Source: an uncultured delta proteobacterium (GTDB lineage Bacteria; Myxococcota; Myxococcia; Myxococcales; Myxococcaceae). From it: a stretch of 64,000 nucleotides of DNA. This document shows positions 8,348 through 20,395 of this stretch, in pieces. The DNA lies in contig CAWCKH010000003.1 of NCBI GenBank assembly GCA_963796055.1, forward strand, positions 96,001 to 160,000, given 5' to 3'. The translations under genes and the position numbers were made by a program. Under the pieces are notes generated by a model that saw only the letters and a program-made list of their open reading frames with translations, was not told the origin of the DNA and did not search any database. The first letter of the stretch is position 1. Every line of letters begins with the position of its first letter.

Positions 8348-9585
8348 GCCATCTCGAGCAGGAGCGACTCGGGGTGCTCGAGCAGCTGCACCAGCGCTCC
8401 GACCGCCTCCGCGGCCACCAGGCCGTCGATGACCCGGTGGTCGAACGACAGCGAGACGTTCATCGTCTCGCGCACCACGATCTGGTCATCCTCGTCGACC
8501 ACCGGCCGCTTGCGGATCCGGTGCACGCCCAGGATGGCCACCTCGGGGTAGTTGATGATCGGCATGGCGAACAGCCCACCGTTCGCCCCCAGCGAGGTGA
8601 TGGTGAACGTTCCGCCGGACAGCTCGTCGAGCTTCAGCGTCTTGTCCCGGGCGCCCGCGGCCAGCCGGGAGATCTCCTCCGCCAGCTGACGGACGGTGAG
8701 CCGGTCCACGTCCTTCACCACCGGGACGGTCAACCCCTCGTCGGTGGCCGCGGCGATACCGAAGTTGAACGACCCGCGCTGCACCAGCTCCTGCGCCGCG
8801 TCGTCGAAGTTGGCGTTCAGCGACGGGTACCTCCGGAACACCGGCACCAGTGCCTTGCAGATGAACGGAAGGAAGGACACCTTGAGGGTGTCGCCGGAGG
8901 CGCCGAGCGAGGCGTTCAGCCGCTTGCGCAGCGCCACCAGCTCGGAGACGTCGACCTCCTCCACGAACAGCGAGTGCGGCGCGGTGAACTTGCTCCGCAC
9001 CATCTTCTCCGCGATCTTTCGCCGCAGCCCGCGGATGGGGATGCGCTGGTCCGCACCGGCCGAGGGCAGAGGAACCAGCTTCGCCCGCGGAGGCGCCTGT
9101 ACCGGCTCGGGCGCCCGGCCCAGATCCAGCGCCGCCTGCACGTCCGCCTTTAGCACCCTGCCCTGCGGCCCGGTCCCGGAGATCGCCGCCAGGTCGATCC
9201 CGTGCTCGCGGGCCATCCGCCGCGTCACCGGGGTGGCCAGCACCTTCGATGCCTCGACCGCGCGGGCCGGGGCAGTCGCGGCGCTGGAGGCCGCGGGCGC
9301 AGGAGCCGCCGGAGCAGCAGCCACTGCCGCCGCCGGGGCGCCACCCGAGACCTCCAGGGTGAGCAGCGGATGGTGGACCTTGGCGATCTCCCCCTCCTTG
9401 CCATGGAGGGAGACCACCTTCCCCGCCCTGGGCGCGGGCACGCTCACCGTGGCCTTGTCGGTCATCAGCTCGACGACGTTCTGGTCCTCCTCGACCGTGT
9501 CACCGGGCTGCACCAGCCACTTGACGATCTCCCCCTCGACGACGCCTTCCCCGAGGTCCGGAAGCTTGAATTCGAACGTGGCCAC
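8344..9585 (-). CDS. 2-oxo-acid dehydrogenase E2 (dihydrolipoamide acyltransferase)
   Basis: Lipoyl domain LPDLGEG...TDKATV, E3-binding ATPVTRRMARE...GTGPQGRV, catalytic FDHRVIDG. Confidence 0.95.
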   Translation of the reverse strand: MATFEFKLPDLGEGVVEGEIVKWLVQPGDTVEEDQNVVELMTDKATVSVPAPRAGKVVSLHGKEGEIAKVHHPLLTLEVSGGAPAAAVAAAPAAPAPAASSAATAPARAVEASKVLATPVTRRMAREHGIDLAAISGTGPQGRVLKADVQAALDLGRAPEPVQAPPRAKLVPLPSAGADQRIPIRGLRRKIAEKMVRSKFTAPHSLFVEEVDVSELVALRKRLNASLGASGDTLKVSFLPFICKALVPVFRRYPSLNANFDDAAQELVQRGSFNFGIAAATDEGLTVPVVKDVDRLTVRQLAEEISRLAAGARDKTLKLDELSGGTFTITSLGANGGLFAMPIINYPEVAILGVHRIRKRPVVDEDDQIVVRETMNVSLSFDHRVIDGLVAAEAVGALVQLLEHPESLLLEMA

Positions 9586-9613
9586 GGCGCTGTCAGCTCC
9601 TCGCAGGGACCGG

Positions 9614-10534
9614 TCAGGCGTGCCGGCCCTGCTCCATGAGACCCTTCATGAAGAACTCGGCCGCGCGGTAGCTGCTGCGGACCAGAGGACCCGAGGCGAC
9701 GTACAGGAAACCCATGCTCTCCGCCACCTGCTTGTAGCGCGCGAAGTCGGCCGGTGGAACGAAGCGCGCCACCCGGAGGTGGTACTGCGAGGGCTGGAGG
9801 TACTGCCCGAGCGTCAGCACGTCGACCCCGGCCTGGCGCAGGTCGCGGAAGGTCTGGAACAGCTCCTCGTCACGCTCGCCCAGCCCCACCATGATCGAGC
9901 TCTTGCTGTACAGCCGCTCCGGCCGGTCCTTGAGGTAGCGCAACACCCGGAGGCTCTGGCGGTAGCTGGCGCGCCGGTCACGCACCGTGGGAGTGAGCCG
10001 CTCCACGGTCTCGATGTTGTGGGCCACCACGTGCGGCCGGGCCTCGGCCACCGTGGCCAGGTCGCGCTCCACGCCTTTGAAGTCGGGGATGAGCACCTCG
10101 ACGGTGGTCCTCGGGCTCTCCCGCCGCAGCGCGGAGATCGCCGCCGCGAAGTGGCTGGCCCCACCGTCCGGTCTATCGTCGCGGTTGACGCTGGTCACCA
10201 CGATGTACTCCAGCGACAGCGCGCGGACGGCCCGGGCGAGGTTCTCCGGCTCCTCTGGGTCCAGGGGCGGCGGGGCGCCGACCTTCACGTGGCAGAACCG
10301 GCAGGCCCGGGTGCAGACCTCGCCCATGAGCATGACCGTCGCCGTGCCCCCGCCCCAGCACTCGGCGATGTTGGGGCAGCGGGCCTCCTCGCAGACGGTG
10401 GCCAGGCCGGTCTTCCGGACGATGGCCTTGACCCGCTCGTACTCCTCCCCGTGCGGCATCCGGACCTTCAGCCACTCGGGCTTGCGGGTGCTCTCGGCGA
10501 CCTGGGGGAGCGCAAATCGATCGGGCGTTGCCAT
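9614..10534 (-). CDS. lipA: Lipoyl synthase
   Basis: RKPEWLK, TVCEEARCPNIAECW, CTRACRFC, GPLVRSSY; ATG 10534. Confidence 0.96.
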   Translation of the reverse strand: MATPDRFALPQVAESTRKPEWLKVRMPHGEEYERVKAIVRKTGLATVCEEARCPNIAECWGGGTATVMLMGEVCTRACRFCHVKVGAPPPLDPEEPENLARAVRALSLEYIVVTSVNRDDRPDGGASHFAAAISALRRESPRTTVEVLIPDFKGVERDLATVAEARPHVVAHNIETVERLTPTVRDRRASYRQSLRVLRYLKDRPERLYSKSSIMVGLGERDEELFQTFRDLRQAGVDVLTLGQYLQPSQYHLRVARFVPPADFARYKQVAESMGFLYVASGPLVRSSYRAAEFFMKGLMEQGRHA

Positions 10535-10623
10535 GGCGACAGACCGGGGATAACGGCCGAGCCGGGTGAGGGTCAAGAATCCCCCCTCGGTCAGACGTTT
10601 CACCCACCCCGGGTCGTCCACGC

Positions 10624-12027
10624 TCAGATGTGGATGGGCGTCCCGAGGGTCGCCTCCGCACCCTCCTTCACGATCTCCGACAAGGTCGGGTGGGCGTGGA
10701 TGGTTCGCCCCAGCTCCTCGGTGGTGATCTCCAGCCGGAGCGCGACGCAGGCCTCGGCGAGCAGCTCGGTGGCGTGCGGCCCCACCATGTGGACCCCCAG
10801 CACCTCGTCGTACTTCTTGTCGCTCACCACCTTGATCATCCCTATCCCCTCGTCGGTGATCTTCGCCTTGAGGACGGCGCTGAAGGGGAAGGTGCCGGTC
10901 TTCACCTCGTAGCCGCGCTCCTTGGCCTTCTTCTCGGTCAGTCCCACCGAGGCGACCTCGGGGTAGCAGTAGGTGGCGGAGGGCGTGAGGTCGTAGTTGA
11001 TGGGGTGCACTTCCTTCCCGGCGACGTGCTCCACCGCCAGGATCCCCTCGGCCGAGGCCATGTGGGCCAGCATCGGGCCGGGAATCACGTCGCCGATGGC
11101 ATAGACGTTGGGCTCGGTGGTGCGCATGAAGTCGTCCACGGGGATGAAGCCGCCCTTGTCCGGCTTGATGCTCGTCACCTCCAGCCCCACCCCTTCGGTC
11201 ACCGGGCTCCGGCCCACCGCGGAGAGGAGGGTCGCCGCCTCGAGCGTCTTGCTCCCCGAGGGGGTATCCATGGTCACCTTCACGCCCTTGGGCCCGGGCT
11301 CCACCTTCTGGACACGGGCGGAGAGCTCGTAGCCAATCTTCCGCCGGCGGAACTGTCGCTCCAGCTCCTTGCTCGCGTCCTCGTCCTCGATGGGCAACAG
11401 ATGGGGGAGGAACTCGAGGATGGTCGTCTCGCTCCCCACGTGGTTGAAGATCGAGGCGAACTCGCAACCCACCGCGCCGGCGCCGAGCACCAGGATGCTC
11501 TTCGGAATCTCGGCGACTTCGAGAATCGAGTCGGAGTTGTAGACCAGCTTGTGGTCCACCGGGACGTTGGGGAGCGACTTGGGGATCGATCCGGTGGCGA
11601 TGACGATGTTCCTGGTCTCCAGCATCTGCTTGCCGCCACCCTCGGCCAGGGTGACCTCGACCTTGCCCTTCCCGACGATGCGTCCGTGGCCTTTCACCAC
11701 CTGGATCTTGTTCTTCTTCATCAGATAGTCGATGCCGTTGGCCCCGCCGGTGACGACCTTGGTCTTGTGCTTCATCGCCGCGGGCCAGTTGATGGTGGGC
11801 GACTTGAGGTCGATGCCGAACTCGGCCGCCTCCTGGATGTGCGCGTAGAGCTCGGCGGTCCAGAGCAGAGCCTTGGTGGGGATACACCCCCGGTGAAGGC
11901 AGGTACCTCCCAGCCGCTTGTCGCGCTCGACGATGGCCGTCTTGAGGCCCAGCTGCCCGGCGCGGATCGCGGCCACGTACCCGCCGGGTCCCGAGCCGAT
12001 GATCACCACGTCCAGAATGTCAGCCAC
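10624..12027 (-). CDS. lpdA: Dihydrolipoyl dehydrogenase (E3)
   Basis: GSGPGGYVAA, GGTCLHRGCIPTK, HAHPTLSE; GTG 12027. Confidence 0.96.
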   Translation of the reverse strand: MADILDVVIIGSGPGGYVAAIRAGQLGLKTAIVERDKRLGGTCLHRGCIPTKALLWTAELYAHIQEAAEFGIDLKSPTINWPAAMKHKTKVVTGGANGIDYLMKKNKIQVVKGHGRIVGKGKVEVTLAEGGGKQMLETRNIVIATGSIPKSLPNVPVDHKLVYNSDSILEVAEIPKSILVLGAGAVGCEFASIFNHVGSETTILEFLPHLLPIEDEDASKELERQFRRRKIGYELSARVQKVEPGPKGVKVTMDTPSGSKTLEAATLLSAVGRSPVTEGVGLEVTSIKPDKGGFIPVDDFMRTTEPNVYAIGDVIPGPMLAHMASAEGILAVEHVAGKEVHPINYDLTPSATYCYPEVASVGLTEKKAKERGYEVKTGTFPFSAVLKAKITDEGIGMIKVVSDKKYDEVLGVHMVGPHATELLAEACVALRLEITTEELGRTIHAHPTLSEIVKEGAEATLGTPIHI

Positions 12028-12106
12028 GATCGTCCATCCTCCTTGCACCGAGGAGGTGCGCGGCGGCATTAACCTTCCGTTTCCACCCGATCAAGCACAG
12101 ACCGTC

Positions 12107-12334
12107 ATGGCGTCGATGCGGCCATTGCTCACCACTCCCCCCACCCGATCCGGCGGTCCGCGCCGCTTCCCGCTCCGCACCATCCTCCTGATGGTGCTGG
12201 CGCTGATCGTCTTCGCCCGGCTCTGGTGGATCACCCATCACCGGGCCCCGCCTCCCCCGCCCTCAGTCACCGGTCCCCAGCAGCCGCACCCGCCGATCCC
12301 AGTCCGCCCGCTGGCGCCGGGGGAACAGCGCTGA
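12107..12334 (+). CDS. Small single-pass membrane protein with a Pro-rich tail
   Basis: Hydrophobic stretch ILLMVLALIVFARLWW; stop overlaps the thiO start (TGATG). Confidence 0.55.
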   Translation: MASMRPLLTTPPTRSGGPRRFPLRTILLMVLALIVFARLWWITHHRAPPPPPSVTGPQQPHPPIPVRPLAPGEQR

Positions 12335-13438
12335 TGGAGGTCCTGGTCGTCGGCGCCGGGGTGGTGGGCTGCGCGGTCGCCTGGCGTCTGCAGCAGGCCG
12401 GCGCGCGGTGCACCGTGCTCGAGCGGAGCATTCCCGGCGCGGAGGCCTCGAGCGCGGCCGGAGGCATCCTCGCCCCGCAGGCCGAGGCCGACGGTCCGGG
12501 CCCCTTCCTCGAGCTGTGCCTGGCGAGCCGTGCGCTGTACCCGGCGTTCGTCCGCGAGCTCCGGGAGACGAGCGAGGTGGACGTCGCCTTCCGGCCCTGC
12601 GGCGTGCTCGGGGTGCAGTTCGACCAGGCCGGGGTCGACGAGGCGCAGCAGCGGATCGGCTGGCAGCGGGCGCGCGGGCTCGAGGCGACCTGGCTCGACC
12701 GCGCGAGCGCGCGCTCCCTCGAGCCCGAGCTCTCGGACGAGATCCGGGGTGCGGCGCACTTCCCCGGGGACGCGGTGGTGGACAACCGCCTGCTGGTCTC
12801 GGCGCTCACCATCGCCGCGGCGCGCACCGGAGCGCGGTTCGTCACCACCCAGGTGCACGGGCTGATCGAGCGCGGTGGGCGAATCGCCGGGGTGGCCACG
12901 GATGGGGGCGAGCTCGGCGGCGACGCGGTCGGTGATCGCCGCCGGCGCGTGGACCGCGCTGGTGCCGGGAGCGCTTGCCTCGCCGGCGGCGGTGCGACCG
13001 GCGCGAGGACAGATGGTCATGGTACGAGCACGGGTGCCGATCTGCCGACATGTGGTGTTCGGGGCGCACGGGTACGCCGTTCCGCGAACCGACGGCCGGG
13101 TCATCTTCGGAAGCACGATGGAGTTCGCCGGCTTCGAGAAGCAGGTGACTGCGGGGGGGCTGGCCACGGTGCTGGGAGTGGGACTGCGTCTCTTTCCGGG
13201 GCTGGCGGGCGCTCCTGTGGTAGAAACCTGGGCCGGTTTCCGGCCGCATACGCCGGATGGGCTGCCCGTGCTCGGGGCTGCGCCGCTTCCCGGTCTGTTC
13301 CTCGCCAGCGGACATTTCCGCAACGGCATTCTCCTGACTCCGATCACTGCCAACGTGCTCACCGAGACAATCCTGGGACTCGCACCGTCGATCGATCTGA
13401 CCCCGTTCCGGGTCGACCGGAAGGCGCTTACACTGTGA
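12334..13438 (+). pseudogene. thiO: Glycine oxidase ThiO with a +1 frameshift near 12930 (pseudogene or sequencing error)
   Basis: N-half VLVVGAGVVG...ASSAAGGIL; C-half VIAAGAW...WAGFRP...ASGHFRNGILL in another frame; junction GCGGTCGGTGATC carries one extra base. Confidence 0.85.
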
Positions 13439-13516
13439 CAGCCGTGAACGTGACCACGGGCGACCCCGAGGGGGTCGACGTCGCCCCCTGGCAGTGGCGA
13501 GAGGCGGGGCCCTAGG

Positions 13517-14701
13517 ATGCACCTCGTGGACAACCTGGCTGCGCCGACCCGCATCCTGATCGTCGACGATGATGCCTCCGTCCGCGATGTGATCTCCGTG
13601 CTCCTCCAGGAGGAGGGCTACGAATGCCGCACCGCCAGCTCCGCCGAGGCGGCGCTGGACGTGGCGGCGAGCGAGATGCTGCCGCTGGTGATCAGCGACA
13701 TGAAGATGCCGGGCCGCGACGGCATCTGGCTGCTCGAGGCCTTCCGCGAGCGCCATCCCGAGACCGCGGTGATCATGCTCACCGGATATGGCGACACCGA
13801 GGCGGCGGTGGACTGCCTGCGGCGTGGCGCGGTGGACTACCTGCTCAAGCCACCGAAGCTGACCGACCTGATCCGTGCCATCGAGCGCGCGCTGGCCAAG
13901 CGGCGTATCGAGCTGGCCCGGAAGCGCTACCAGAAAAAGCTGGAGCGGAAGGTGCGGGATCGCACCGGCGAGCTGAGGACCGCGCTGCGGAACATCCAGG
14001 GCACGTACCAGACCACGCTGCTGGCACTGGTGCGGGCGCTGGACGCGCGCGAGCACGAGACAAGCGACCACAGCCAGCGGGTGGTGAAGTACACCGAGGC
14101 CATCGCCGAGCGGCTGGGGCTGCGAGGCCCGGAGCTGGAGGAGATCGGCCGCGGCGCCCTGCTCCACGACATCGGGAAGATCGGCGTGCCGGACGCGGTG
14201 CTGCTCAAGCCGGCCAAGCTGACCCCCGAGGAGTGGAAGGAGATGCGGCGGCACCCGGACATCGGCTACGACATGATCCGGAGCATCGAGTTCCTCAACA
14301 TCCCGGCGGCCATCGTCCTCAGCCACCAGGAGCGCTTCGACGGACGCGGCTATCCCCGCTGCCTCCGCGGCGAGGAGATCCACATCGGAGCGCGGGTCTT
14401 CGCCGTGGCCGACACGCTGGACGCGATGACCTCGGACCGTCCGTACCGCAAGGGCACCACGTTCGAGAACGCGGTCGACGAGATCCAGCGCTGCGCGGGC
14501 TCACAGTTCGACCCCGAGGTGGTGCGGGCGTTCATGGACCTCGGGGTGAAGAACCTCCGGCGGATCAAGGAAGACATGGCCGCGGCCAAGGCCCGTGAAG
14601 CCGGGGAGATCGAGCAGGACGCGCGCGACGCCGAGGAAGCGATGGACCGCGCGCTGGACTCGGTCGAGCTGGCCTCCCGTCTCGCCCAGGGGCAGCGGTA
14701 A
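13517..14701 (+). CDS. Response regulator with an HD-GYP phosphodiesterase domain
   Basis: Receiver ILIVDDD...ISDMKMP...YLLKP; LHDIGKIG, HQERFDGRGYP, DAMTSDRPYR. Confidence 0.93.
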   Translation: MHLVDNLAAPTRILIVDDDASVRDVISVLLQEEGYECRTASSAEAALDVAASEMLPLVISDMKMPGRDGIWLLEAFRERHPETAVIMLTGYGDTEAAVDCLRRGAVDYLLKPPKLTDLIRAIERALAKRRIELARKRYQKKLERKVRDRTGELRTALRNIQGTYQTTLLALVRALDAREHETSDHSQRVVKYTEAIAERLGLRGPELEEIGRGALLHDIGKIGVPDAVLLKPAKLTPEEWKEMRRHPDIGYDMIRSIEFLNIPAAIVLSHQERFDGRGYPRCLRGEEIHIGARVFAVADTLDAMTSDRPYRKGTTFENAVDEIQRCAGSQFDPEVVRAFMDLGVKNLRRIKEDMAAAKAREAGEIEQDARDAEEAMDRALDSVELASRLAQGQR

Positions 14702-14720
14702 CTCCCGGCAGGAGCCCGAC

Positions 14721-16950
<2,230 letters not shown>

Positions 16951-17236
16951 CTACACGAGCCAGCCGCACCCGTGGGACTCGACCCACGCCGCCGCCGTTC
17001 GTTACGCGACGGCGCCAAGGGTTCGCCCGCGGTGAAGCCCGGACGAGCCTCGCTCAACGGGGCCCAGGCCATCTGCGTTCAAGCCTACGCGCGCTGTCGC
17101 GCTCGCCGGAGCGCCGGGCCATCCGCGCGCCCGCGGCCCGGAACCGATGCCGACCCGCGGCGGCCGGAGAGCGTGCTCGACGACCTTCTCCGCGCTCCAC
17201 TTCGTCCGTCCAGGGCGGGCCGGTGTCGGCCCGTGA

Positions 17237-17410
17237 CGGCTTGGTGGCCGGAGGTCACGATGGACCCTGACGGAGGTCCACCTCTGGGAGGGAGCCATCC
17301 GCACGCTCGCTCGGTCGCTAAAGAACATCCAGGAATGACCAGAGCTTGAGACCCTCCCAGCACAGCTGAACGGGACGGCCAGGGTCGGGAAGCCGAGCAC
17401 CGCCAGGTCT
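17237..17410 (+). ncRNA. Candidate 6S-like rod-shaped ncRNA
   Basis: Nested pairings: GGCTTGGTGG 17238-47/CCGCCAGGTC 17400-09, GACCCTG/CAGGGTC, CTGGGAGGG/CCCTCCCAG, GCTCGGTC/GACCAGAGC; G-U pairs favour the + strand; 6S-like words GATG..CCCTGA and CAC..TGAAC..CAGGG..GCAC. Confidence 0.55.
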
Positions 17411-17430
17411 GGTTAAGGTCAGTCCCCGCC

Positions 17431-18540
17431 GTGACCCCCGCCCCCGCCACAGCCCAGGTGCAGCAGCCCGCGACGCCGGCCGCGACCCCGACGTTCCACG
17501 AGCGGCCGCAGCCGGATCCGCGCGACCGTGCTCAGCCGGCGCTGCGTCCCGAGCGGCAGGCGCTCCTCCGCGCCCGCATCAAGGACCTCCAGCTCCAGCT
17601 GGCGGGGACGCACCTGGAGCGGCTCATCCACCAGCTCCACGAGGAGCTGGGGGCCCGCGGCATCGACATCCGTCCCCAGTGCTACCTGAGCGACGAGTGG
17701 GGCTGCCCCTCCGGCATCCCGGTCATCGGCATCCCCTTCTACCTCGCCAACCCGGCGCTGCAGTCCATCGAGGGCGAGCTGGGCGGCGGCGTCGAGTCGG
17801 AGCGGGAGATCCTCATGTACCTCCGCCACGAGGCGGGGCACTGCTTCAACTACGCCTACCGGCTCTACGAGACCCCGGCGTGGAAGACCCTCTTCGGGGA
17901 CTACCACCAGCCGTACAAGGAAGACTTCAAGCCCAAGCCTTTCTCCAGGGCGTACGTCACCCACATCCCCGGCTGGTACGCGCAGAAGCACCCCGACGAG
18001 GACTTCGCCGAGACCTTCGCGGTCTGGCTCACCCCCGGCCTCGACTGGGCCCACCGGTACCGGAACTGGGGGGCCGCGCTGAAGAAGCTCCAGTACGTGG
18101 ACGCCACCGCCACCGAGCTCGGCCACCGGCAGCCTCAGGTGGGGCTCGACACCCACGACATCGACGCCGACCAGATGGAGGAGACGGTCGCCGACTACTA
18201 CCGGCTCCGTGACCTGGCCGAGCGGGTCGATCTGGAAATCGGGGAGAAGCTCGACACCGAGCTGTTCCAGCTCTTCGAGCCGCCCGGGTCCGCCCCCGCC
18301 TCGGCGGCCCAGTTGCTGCGCGACCAGCGGCAGACGCTCATCCAGGCGGCGACGCAGTACTCGGGCGTGAACCGCGCGGTGGTGCGCAGCGTGGTGGACC
18401 ACCTGACGGACCGGACCGATCAGCTGAAGCTCACCGCCTCGCCCGATCGAGCCAGCGGATACGTCGCTCACCTCGGCTCGCTGCTCACCGCGCTGGCGAT
18501 GAACGAGCTCTACACCGGCCGACTCTTCGACACCGAGTAG
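17431..18540 (+). CDS. Putative zinc-binding metallopeptidase
   Basis: HEXXH motif LRHEAGH and YAQKHPDEDFAETFAVWL. Confidence 0.85.
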   Translation: MTPAPATAQVQQPATPAATPTFHERPQPDPRDRAQPALRPERQALLRARIKDLQLQLAGTHLERLIHQLHEELGARGIDIRPQCYLSDEWGCPSGIPVIGIPFYLANPALQSIEGELGGGVESEREILMYLRHEAGHCFNYAYRLYETPAWKTLFGDYHQPYKEDFKPKPFSRAYVTHIPGWYAQKHPDEDFAETFAVWLTPGLDWAHRYRNWGAALKKLQYVDATATELGHRQPQVGLDTHDIDADQMEETVADYYRLRDLAERVDLEIGEKLDTELFQLFEPPGSAPASAAQLLRDQRQTLIQAATQYSGVNRAVVRSVVDHLTDRTDQLKLTASPDRASGYVAHLGSLLTALAMNELYTGRLFDTE

Positions 18541-18577
18541 CCGAATCGCGGCGGGCGGCGTAGTCTTCCGTCCAGGA

Positions 18578-19603
18578 ATGCCGCTTCCCCCGCTGAAGAT
18601 CGCCATCCTCCACTACCAGCCGAAGGGCGACGAGGTGGATCCGGTGGTGACGCAGCTCACCGAGGCCCTCACCTCGCTGGGGCATCAGCCCTCCACCGTG
18701 GCGGTGGACGACCGGGTGAGCGAGATCCTCCGGGACATCCAGCGCGCCAAGTGCGACCTGGTCTTCAACGTCTGCGAGACCTTCGCCTCCGACTACCGGA
18801 TGGAGGTCAACGTCGCGGCGCTGATGGAGATGGGGCGGGTGAAGTACACCGGCTCGAGCACCGCCGGCCTGCTCCTGGCCCAGGACAAGGTGCTGACCAA
18901 GCAGCTGCTCGAGTTCCACGAGGTCTCCACCCCGAACTTCGCGGTCTTCGAGAACGACACCTTCGAGACCAAGGGCATCCTCCGCTTCCCGCTCATCGTG
19001 AAGCCGGCCCGCTCGGACGCGTCGATCGGCATCGGCCGGCACTCGGTGGTCCAGAACTGGCAGGAGCTGACCGAGCGGGTCCGGGAGATTCGAGACGACC
19101 TGCAGGACGAGGCTCTGGTCGAGGAGTTCATCGACGGGCGCGAGGTCTACGTCGGCATCGTGGGCCCGGCGAGCAACCCCACCATCCTCCCGATCATCGA
19201 GATGGACTTCGGGAACTGGTCCCCGGCGGTCCCGATGGTGTCCGACCGAGAGGTGAAGTTCGCTCCGGAGACGGAAGGCAGCCCCCGCCTGGTCATCGCC
19301 AAGGACCTCTCCGACGAGCTCCGGGCCCGCATCCACCGCGCGGCGCGGCTGGCCTACCGGGCGCTCAAGCTCCGGGACTACGCCCGCATGGACTTCCGGA
19401 TCGCCAAGACCGGCGAGCCCTACATGCTCGAGGCCAACCCCAACCCGTACCTCGAGAAGACCGGCGAGCTGGCGATGGCCGCGGCGGAGGCCGGGCTGGA
19501 CTACGCCCAGCTCGTCTCACGGATTCTCGAGTCGGCCGCGGTCCGGTACCACCTGCACGTGCGCGAGGCCGCGAGCAAGCGGGCCCGCGCCGCGCAGTCC
19601 TAG
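18578..19603 (+). CDS. ATP-grasp ligase, D-Ala-D-Ala ligase-like
   Basis: VFNVCE, YTGSS, QDKVLTK, FPLIVKPARSDASIGI, LVEEFIDGRE, YARMDFR, LEANPNP. Confidence 0.9.
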   Translation: MPLPPLKIAILHYQPKGDEVDPVVTQLTEALTSLGHQPSTVAVDDRVSEILRDIQRAKCDLVFNVCETFASDYRMEVNVAALMEMGRVKYTGSSTAGLLLAQDKVLTKQLLEFHEVSTPNFAVFENDTFETKGILRFPLIVKPARSDASIGIGRHSVVQNWQELTERVREIRDDLQDEALVEEFIDGREVYVGIVGPASNPTILPIIEMDFGNWSPAVPMVSDREVKFAPETEGSPRLVIAKDLSDELRARIHRAARLAYRALKLRDYARMDFRIAKTGEPYMLEANPNPYLEKTGELAMAAAEAGLDYAQLVSRILESAAVRYHLHVREAASKRARAAQS

Positions 19604-20245
19604 GGCGGCAGCGGCCGCGCCGGACTCTCCCAGACCTCGTTGCGCGCGGCGACCAGGCGGCTCAGCGCCTCGCGTCCGGGGTAGCGCGGCTCGGGGCAGG
19701 CAGCGCCCTGGCGCCCGACGAACCCGGCGACCTGCCTCCCCTGGATGTCGAAGAGCACCACCGAGCAGTCCGCCTCCAGCGGGATGCCGGCCTGCTCGGA
19801 GCCCGGGGTCCGGAGGTTGATCCACTGCCCGCTCAGCCCCAGGCGGGCCGCGAGGTACAGCGGAGCTTCCAGGTCGGCAGGGAGCGGCCGTCCGTCCTCG
19901 GTGACGAAGATCCGAGATCGCCCCGCCGAGGTACGAGGGCGTGTACATCAGCCCATCGGGACGCCGTTCGATGGTCACCCACCCGGACGGCCGGATGAGC
20001 GAGGGCGTCGGGGAGAACGCCCCGACCTTGCGCAGGTCGTCCCCGACGCGCTCGTAGCGGTCGCCGTCCATCCCGGCCCAGGTGCCATCACTCTCCAGGG
20101 TGTAGACGATCGCCGGGGCCGTGCTCACGCTCTGCGCGTCGAAGCGGGTGGACCCGGTGCGGACCCATCGTCCCTTGCTGTCGTAGGTGGCACAGCCGGC
20201 GGCAACGAACGACAGCACCACCGCGACCACGTGCGTGCGCTTCAT
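19600..20245 (-). pseudogene. Lipoprotein of unknown function (paralog of 20396-21028), +1 frameshift near 19914
   Basis: Lipobox VAAGC; N-half aligns to the neighbour; after the shift IFVTEDGRPLPADLEAPLYL...RNEVWESP continues in another frame to TAG at 19600. Confidence 0.75.
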
Positions 20246-20395
20246 GGGTACCTCCACCCGCGCGCCCGGATCCCCTCGCCCTGGGCACGCGTGCGCTCTG
20301 GATGGCGCAGGCTCTCAGTCTAGTCGACCAGGGGAGCGCCTGGAGAGGGGCTGCAGCCGGTGGTGTGCCACCGAACGTCCGGGTCGGTGGACCGC

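Noticed and set aside
17376..17402. GCCAGGGTCGGGAAGCCGAGCA resembles SRP RNA helix 8
   Set aside because: Spacing does not give the CAGG-3bp-GNRA-3bp-AGCA geometry, and the segment pairs better within the long rod
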